Origin: Leucoraja ocellata
Taxonomy: Eukaryota
Assembly (NCBI GenBank): GCA_036785375.1
Contig: JAWMAR010000079.1
Coordinates: 868,001 to 932,000 of the forward strand
DNA: 64,000 nt
Direction: 5' to 3'
This document shows, piece after piece, positions 52,101 to 61,100 of the stretch (its first letter is position 1; each line of letters begins with the position of its first letter). The translations under genes and the position numbers were made by a program. The notes beneath the pieces are model-generated. The model saw only the letters and a program-made list of their open reading frames with translations. It ran no database searches and was not told the DNA's origin.

Positions 52101-55100
52101 AACGTGGATAGGTGCTGTTTCCAAACCTATCCACGTTGCAGGACATTTTAATGGCTTCTTGCTTGAAAATGAGCAGGATTTGAGCACATACAATGTTTGA
52201 AGCATTACAAAAGGGACATGGAATCAAAAGGCTCCACAGTAAAGCTCCGTGTCACAAGGATCACACAGATCCAGCCCTGACACAGAGGGAATAAGTAGCT
52301 GAAGGGATTAAGAGACTTACGTGATATTCAAAACTGTTGGACAGGCACATGCAGAGGTTGGAGGGATATGAATTATGTGCAGGCAGATAAGAGTTGGTTT
52401 TGGCATCATGTTCGGCAGAAACATTGTGGGCTGAAGGATCTGTTCCTGTGCTGTACTGTTCTGTGTGCAATGTAATTAAAGACCTTAGGTCTTTACCCAA
52501 ACCCAGTCTTGAAAATATTCTTTCAAATAATGAGACTGAGATACTAATTTAATGGTGATGTTTTGGACACCAGTGAACCATTTCTAGTCCTTGAGAATTG
52601 CAGATGGGGCCACAGAGACAAAACTGTTTCCAATGTTTAGCTTTTGGGTCAAGAAACCTTCACAACGTATGCTCATGTAAATTATGCTCTTCTGAATTGT
52701 AGCAAAAGACAAACGCACCTATATCGAATCCTCGGGACAATCGAATTCGCTCCTTTGAATTGCTATCCCACCATTTGGCCCAATTCAGTATGACCATACA
52801 ACAACTTGGGTTTCTTTGTGAGGGACGCTCAGAGTTCCCAACTTTACTGTTCATGATTTGTTCCAGAACAACAGAATACCTGGGATCAACATCTTCAGCC
52901 TGAAATAAGCTGGAAAGATTCATATAATTAGCACCTTGCACGATATGGCATCTGACCGTTAAATCAATTTGTTGCTGCAAAGATAATTACACTAAGCTTT
53001 AGATGTTCAGATGAGAAAACTCAAAATGCAAACAGTTTTACGCATGGTAAATTACAACTATTACAAATAACTACTCTTTGCCGTTCCAACACTAAAAATC
53101 CACAATGCTACTTCCTTGATTAAATATTGGCGAAGATAGACTATAGACAATAGGTGCAGGATTAGGCCATTCGGCCCTTCGAGCCAGCACCGCCATTCAC
53201 TGTGATCATGGCTGATCATCCCCAACCAGTACCCCGTTCCTGCCTTCTCCCCTGGCTCTGCTATTTTTAAAAGCCCTATCTAGCTCTCTCTCTCACCACA
53301 AAGGAAAGGGTAATTTTGTCCCTCCAATCTCAGCAGCTTTAGCAAGCCGTGTTCTTTCCCTGTTTAACCAGATAGTGAGAGGGAGCTTATGACAGTAATT
53401 CATTCTCTGGTCTCTCCCATCACTCAGAAATCGTTACATTTCTCCGAGCTGCAATTGGTTGCTATAGAGTATCATACATCTATTAACTTTACCTGCTACA
53501 TGCAGGTGTTTCCACAGTATGTATGGAGGAGGAATATAGATTCTCTACAAGGTGAACAAATGTCACCATCTCTTTCTCTTCATCAGATAAATAATCCTGG
53601 AGGCTTTCCACCTAAAAAGGAGAGGAATTCGTTAAGAAAAAAAACAAAACCATTTTATTCCATTCATTACTCATTCTCTTACTCATTCTCAGTTGGCTCA
53701 AGCTATTTAAAGGCTTCTTGAATTACACAAAAAATGTTTCTGCTTTAAGATGTTCAATCCTAGCCAGAATCCGAGAGAGCGTGCTTGCTAACATTAATCC
53801 TTGGCTCGGTTTAACTAATTGTGATGTCTGATTAACCTTTTCCAGTTTATAAACCTCCATCTAAACAGGCAAACTTGATGAGTGCCCAATCTCCTAGCCT
53901 GTGTGCTTGTTACCCTGCGTCCTTGTTACCCCACTGGCAGGACGGCACAGTGGAGCAGCTGGTACAGCTGCTGCCTCATAGTGCCACAGACTCACGTTCA
54001 ATCACAACCTCAGTTTGTCAGGTTTAGAGGTTAATTGGCCTCTACATAATTGCCCCATGTGTGTAGGAAATGTATTCAAAAGTGAGATGACATATAACTA
54101 ATGGGAACAGTTGATCAATAGTCAGCAAGGACTTGGTGGGCCGAAGGTGCTGTTTGAATGCTGTATCTTTAAACTACACTAAATTTGAACAATTTTACTC
54201 AATGAAATACTTTATTCTTGAATATTCAACATCTATATAAGTAGAGTCCTTATTCTCAATGTTTAAATTTATTTCAAACTTGGTTAAGAAGTGTCCGGTA
54301 GTTTCAACAAAACCTCCAAATATTTTGCACCTTCAATTTGTGGCAGCATGAAAATTATACTTTATACAGTTAAATAAAAGCACATTGGCGGAACAAGGGC
54401 AGCACAATGGCACAGCGGTAGAGTTGCTGCCTCACAGCATCAGAGACCCAGGGTCATCCCTGACTGGGGGTGCTGTCTTTTCGGAGTTTGTATCTTGTCT
54501 CTAATGTGCAGGATAGTTCTAGTGTATGGGGTGATAACTTGTCGGTGCGGACTCGGAGGCCCAAAGGGTCCGTTTCCATGCTAAACCTCTCTAAAGTCTA
54601 AACTCACTCTCTAAAGTCAGAAGGAGTAATCTTTCAGAGAGGTTGGATCACTTCTATCTGGAGTCAGCTTGGGTTCTATCCCCAAACTTATGTTTCATAC
54701 TTAACAGGGCAAAGTGGTTTCTAAAATAAATCTTACTGTACAAGATGCAAAGAACAATTGCCTTCACCCTCTACGCAATTCAACAGCCAAAAGGAGTTGG
54801 GTATTGGAGGAAATCATGACTTCTCCTGTAATCATTCTATTTTAAAACCACTGCAGTATAAACATCTTCAGTTCATTATCTAAATATTTTTAAAAGATAT
54901 CATAAGGATCAGTTTAGACCGCAGCTTAGCTTCATGTTCATTTGGAGTGCTTCCAAAATACCCAGCTTCCTCTCCCCTAAAGCAACTATAAACTAATTAT
55001 ATAAATTGCTGAGCATTATAAAGCAGATGTCGATAAATGTACAGAGCACTGATGAAGTGGGAAGACTTTTGAAATGACCTTGGAAGAGGCAGACTCCTCA

Positions 55101-58100
55101 TTACGACCACATCATTCACACTTTATTTTTACTTTTTATTTACAACATAAATGAAGGGTGTGTTAATGGGATGACTATCTCTTTCAAGCCGTTCCAAGAA
55201 GTCGTGATCTACTGGCAAAGAGGTTGACAGTATTTACAAGAGAGGTCAGACGCAGGCCACTATTACTTGTATTGCACTGTTACTTGTATTGCAAGATTTC
55301 AAGTTGCCAGGTCAGTTTATTGTCACACGTACCAATTAAGGTACAGTGAAATTACCATACAGCCATTCTAAGTGAAAAGCAACAAGACACACAACCACAT
55401 AAAAGTTAACATAAATATCCATCACAGTGGATTCCACATTCCACATATTGGGCAATATTACTGAAAAAACGGAAACTGGACAGCCTGAGACACTGTGGGT
55501 TGTTGGGTGTTAACCGGAAAATGTATAAACGATAAATGTTAAAAGGGACTATGATTATATATTTTTAATCTGAGTTTTCCAAGAATCGCTTTTAAATAGA
55601 TATATTTTAGAGTCTACATTCCTGACAACCATAGGAAATTATTAGTTATCTTCTCTCTATTTTTTCCTCGCAAACTAGGAGGAGCACTTACAGGAAATGG
55701 TCGACAATTCTAACAGTTAATAATACGTAACACTGTATTTAATTACAGTCCAGTTAAATCAGGCACAAGAAAGATTCAAAGGGGTGAAAGGTGTCTGTGG
55801 ATAGACAGGGAAGCAGATTTGAGGATGTAAAGATTAAATGGTGGAGCAACTAGAGGGACCAAATGGCCTTTGATTGTATGCAAGTATTCTGAACCTGTCA
55901 TGTGTGCTTGTAGTTGCAACGAGACAATGAGAGAAATGAGACAAATAGAGTACTTCCTTGTTTGCATTCCATGCAGAATAGTGTAAGGGTTGTCACACAT
56001 CCTTCTCTTCGGCATAAACAGGAATAAATGACTAACAAGGTGGAATCATATTGCCAACTGTACTGAATTGGGTCCCTGCATGAGCTTAGTTTAGTTCAAT
56101 GTCACGTGTATCGAGATATAGTGAAAAGCTTTTGTTGCGTGCTAGCTAGTAAACGGAAAGACAATTACAATTGTGCCATTCACAGTGTACAATACATCAT
56201 AAAGGGAATAACGTGAATAACATTTAGTGCAAGATAAAGCCAGTAAAGTCTGATCAAAGATAGTCCAAGAGTCACCAATGAGGTAGATAGTAGTTCATGC
56301 CTGCTCTGTAGGGTGGTTCAGTTGCCTGATAACAGCTGGGAAGAAACTATCTCCGAATCTGTGCATTTTCACACTTCTCTACCTTTTGCCCCTTGGGACA
56401 CGGAAGAAGAGGGATTGTCCAGGGTGCGACATCCTTGATTATGCTGCTGGCCTTGCCAAGGCAGCGTGAGGTATAAATGGAGTGGCTTTGTTCAGCAATG
56501 CGATGGGAACATAAAAACTACTCTAGTATCGATCAACTGTTACATAAGTCCTATCCCTGAAGTTGCACACCATCAGGTCACCGTCACAAATAAGACAGGA
56601 ATTGTTGTATTCAACATGGTTAAATTAGATGTTCAGAAATGACCCTTCAACTATCAGATTTTCAATCTCTCACTGGCCCAGGGTGTTGTCCCCACTTGCC
56701 TCAAGACATCAACCATCGTGCCAGTGCCCAAACAGTCAGCTACTGGGAGTCTCTTTCTATTTTTTTTGTTTTCTTTATGTATAACTACTACGGACTGACG
56801 CAAAACTGCATTTTGTTGTACTGATACTTGTATTGTGCGATGACATTAAAGTTGAATTGAAGATAAATCAGATACCCTACCAGAAAATCTCGAAGGTCTC
56901 GATCAGCTGTGTAAAAACAGATACGATGTAGTTCTTTCTTCACATCAAATCCCTAAAATTAAAGAGGATAACGAGTTCCATTATTAAAAGCAGATCAAAT
57001 CAATCCCCAAATACTTCTTTCCCCAGTCCAACCAACATACTCCCATAATCCTATAATTTGCAGCTCACAAATCACATCTGCAGCAAATTATGATAAGCCG
57101 TCTTGTTTTTGTGTCCATGAGGAAATACTCAGGCTGTCTGGCGTACAGTAAGCAACTCCCTGTGGTGGCTTGCAGATAATGATATCTCGGGTTAATAGCT
57201 GGATTCTTTACTGTTTGTGACAACATTTATCTCAGCTACCACCTATAGACCTTGCAGTGCACAAGCCATCTGCTCAAAAGAGCTGTAGGTTATTCGAAGA
57301 ATAGGAAAGACAATACATATGCAAGATTACAGAAGATAAAATCTGCCCTTCCTTAGCATGAAATAAAATGAAGTGCCTGGGTAGAACTGTGCACAGTTCC
57401 CTGAAAGTGGAATCTCATGTAGATAGGGTGGTAAAGAAAGCTTTTGGTGTGCTGGCCTTTATAAATCAGAGCATTGAGTATAGAAGTTGGGATGTAATGT
57501 TAAAATTGTACAAGGCATTGGTGAGGCCAATTCTGGAGTTTGGTGTACAATTTTGGTCGCCTAATTATAGGAAGGATGTCAACAAAATAGAGAGAGTACA
57601 GAGGAGATTTACTAGAATGTTGCCTGGGTTTCCGCAACTAAGTTACAGAGAAAGGTTGAACAAGTTAGGGCTTTATTCCTTGGAGCGCAGAAGGTTAAGG
57701 GGGGACTTGATAGAGGTTTTTAAAATGATGAGAGGGATAGACAGAGTTGAAGTGGAAAAGCTTTTCCCACTAAGAGTAGGGAAGATTCAAACAAGGGGAC
57801 ATGACTTGAGAATTAAGGGACTGAAGTTTAGGGGTAACATGAGGGGGAACTTCTTTACTCAGAGAGTGGTGGCTGTGTGGAATGAGCATCCAGTGAAGGT
57901 GGTGGAGGCAGGTTAGTTTTTATCATTTAAAAATAAATTGGATAGTTATATGGACGGGACGGGAATGGAAGGTTATGGTCTGAGCGCAGGTATATGGGAC
58001 TAGGGGAGAATATGTGTTCGGCACGGACTAGAAGGGTCGAGATGGCCTATTTCCGTGCTGTAAATTGTTATATGGTTATATGGTGCCTCTGTGTTATCAC

Positions 58101-61100
58101 TGCAGCAGTGCAGGAAGAAAAGGCTTCAGAAATAAGAAAAAACATTTGGGCATAATCTGAAATCGTCAATTTACATCAGGAGCGAGGGAAAGGAGAGGGT
58201 CAGAGTAATGTAATTGTTAGATTAGTGCATTGGCACCCAAAGTTCAGGATCAGTGATCCAAAGGCATGAATGTTGACACCTGAGGAATTTAAATTTCATG
58301 CCATTAAATAAAATCTGCCATTAAAACATGATAGCCTCAGTGATCATTACCGCAAACTACTAGACTGTTGTGAAAACCCATCTAGTTCACTCAAGTCTTC
58401 AGTAAAGAAAATCCACCATCCAGAGTCTAATGTGACTCCAGATCCACCATTGCCTCCTCCGTGAGAGGCAAGTAGACATGGTAATAAATTGGCAGCATTG
58501 CCAGGTATTCCAGCTAAGAAACAAATCAATGGAAAAGAAAAATATGCTAAAAACAAAAATGTCTTAATTGGCAGGCTATCAAAGCTTTGCAAATAAGAAC
58601 ATACAAATTAACTGACGCAAGTTTCTTGAACACATTTGTCTGATAAAGAACATTAAATCATATAGTGAATTCTACTATATTTATTTTCTAAACTATTTTT
58701 GTCAATATATCATGCAACAGAACTTTATTTAATTTTCAGTACTATTGTAATTACCATGTTCCTTAGAAGTTTCTTAGCTTCCTGCAAGTCTTTTTTTAAG
58801 AGACAATCATAAGTCAGAGTTAAACCAGCTTGCATGAGTTTGTTCAAATTCTTTATTGGTTTTTGTTGGGCTCGGAAATATCCCTGAGCTCGTGGAATCT
58901 GATTATTCAGTATAGCGTCACGAATAATCTCCTGTAAAAGGATAATACAAATTTGTAAATATTCTTATCGCAGATGAAATCCTAGACATTCCCATCATAT
59001 TTTAACACAGTTTAAAATAAATTAATTCTTGCAGGGAAAAAAAATAAATGCTTTGAAATTATTATTCGGGTTCAACCTGTGTGCAAACGAAATTAAGGAG
59101 CAGGAGCAAGAGTCACATGGTCCGCTGAGTATGCTCTGCAATCAATAAGATCGCGGTTGAGCTGATCATAGCTTCAGCTCCAATTTCCTGCAAGTTTTCC
59201 ATAACACTTGACTCTCCTAAAGTCCAACTAATTATCTCAGCCTTAAATATTTTCACTGATACTGCCTCTACGCTTCTCTGAGAGAAAGGAAAATCCTGCC
59301 TCTTTCATGCTTTAAATATTGTGACACTATTCCTTGCAATACTGGACACTCTTGAGGTGAAATCTTTGCAATTACCCGAGCAAGCTGCTAGAAATCTTAA
59401 GTTCCTCCAATTTTTCTGAACTCCAATGAGTTAAGGCCCAGCCTGTTTAGTTTATCCTCATTAAGGACAAGGAGATGTAGTCACTGAATATATTCAAGGT
59501 AGACTTCAATGCATTTCCAGATATTAAAGATATCAAGGTCCATGGGTGAGTGTAGGAAGGTGATAGTTGCCTTCTTAATTATTTCATTCCAGTTGCCTTC
59601 TTAATTATTTGCTCTGTCTGCCTACTAGCTTTCTATCTTGTGTACAAAGATTCAACATTCTGTACCTTTTCTTCACTTAAAAAAATGTTTGCTGTTTTAT
59701 TCATCATACCAAAATAGAAAAATTGGTGAATGTGGAGAGGATGTTTCCACTCGTGGTAGAGACTAGGACCAGGGACCATAGCCTCAGAATAAAAAGACGT
59801 ACCATTAGAAAGGAGATGAGGAGGAATTTCTTTAGTCAGAGGATGGTGAATCTGTGGAATTCATTATCACAGACGGCTGTGGAGGCCAAGTCAATGAATA
59901 TTTTTAAGGCGGAGATTGACAGATTTGTGATCAGTAAGGGTGTCCGGGGGTTATGGAGAGAAGGTGGGAGATTGGGATTGAGAAGGAAAGATAGATCAGA
60001 CATGTTCAACAAGGAACTGCAAATGCTGCAAAATCGAAGGTAGACAAAAGTGCTGGAGAAACTCAGGGGGTGCGGCAGCATCTATGGAGCGAAGGAAATA
60101 GGCAACGTTTTGGGCCGAAACCCATCTTCAGACTGAACCCGATGAGTTTTCCCAGCATTTTTTCCTACCTAAGATAGATCAGACATAATTGAATGGCGTA
60201 GACAATAGGCAAAATGGCCCAATTCTGTTCCTAGAACTTATGAAAACGTCTAATTTCCCCCATATTACAGTCCACCTACCCAATTGTTTTAAGTCCCTGC
60301 CTTTGTTCATGAACATACTTATGGGTTGCTTTTAGTATCTTCTACTTTGAAAAAAAGTTTCAAAATTTGTTTTGTTTTATTTCTCAAAATTATCTTCCAA
60401 TGGATCACGTTTATGCCAGTGACTCTCTCCATGTACAAGCTCTTGCTGGTGGTTTATACATACAGTTTTCCCCAGTTCCAACCTGAAACATTAACCAATT
60501 TGTTTTCCACAGATGCTCCCTATCTGCCTAGGCTTTCCAGCATTTTCTGCCTCAAAATAAACTGTAAGGATATGTTGTCAGGATGAGTTGCGGACAGGTG
60601 AGAGTAAGGAACATAAATGCCCATGTACACCAGCTGGACTGCATGGCCTGTTTATGTACTGCACACTTGGCAGTTGGTTTAAAATATATCCCAAGTTAAT
60701 CGATTACACATCTGCGTACTTACATTGGTACTGAGACTATTCCACTTTCCATAAACTGGATTAACGTCTGGTAAAGTATTTTCTTCATCCTCACACCCAT
60801 CAGTGACATTCTCCCTTGGTGGTTTATGCGGGTACTTCTTCATAAATTTACGGAGCTTGATAATATAACCAGTGAGATAGTACACACATTTCTGCTTGTG
60901 CTCATCCAGTTCTGAAGATGTACAAAGATGTTTATTGCAATGGAATAGGACAGTAATTTATAATAAATGCCAAAGAAATGTCAACCAGAAAAAACACTTC
61001 ATTCTAACTGGTATATTGCTGATCCGTTTATTGCTGGTGAGTTGCAATACTCAAATTCCCAATGCAATACTATCATGGGAGTACCATCACAGCAAGAACT

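Noticed and set aside
59565-59610. 20-bp direct duplication agttgccttcttaattattt
   Set aside because: Local slippage or repair duplication with a 6-nt spacer; no further structure.
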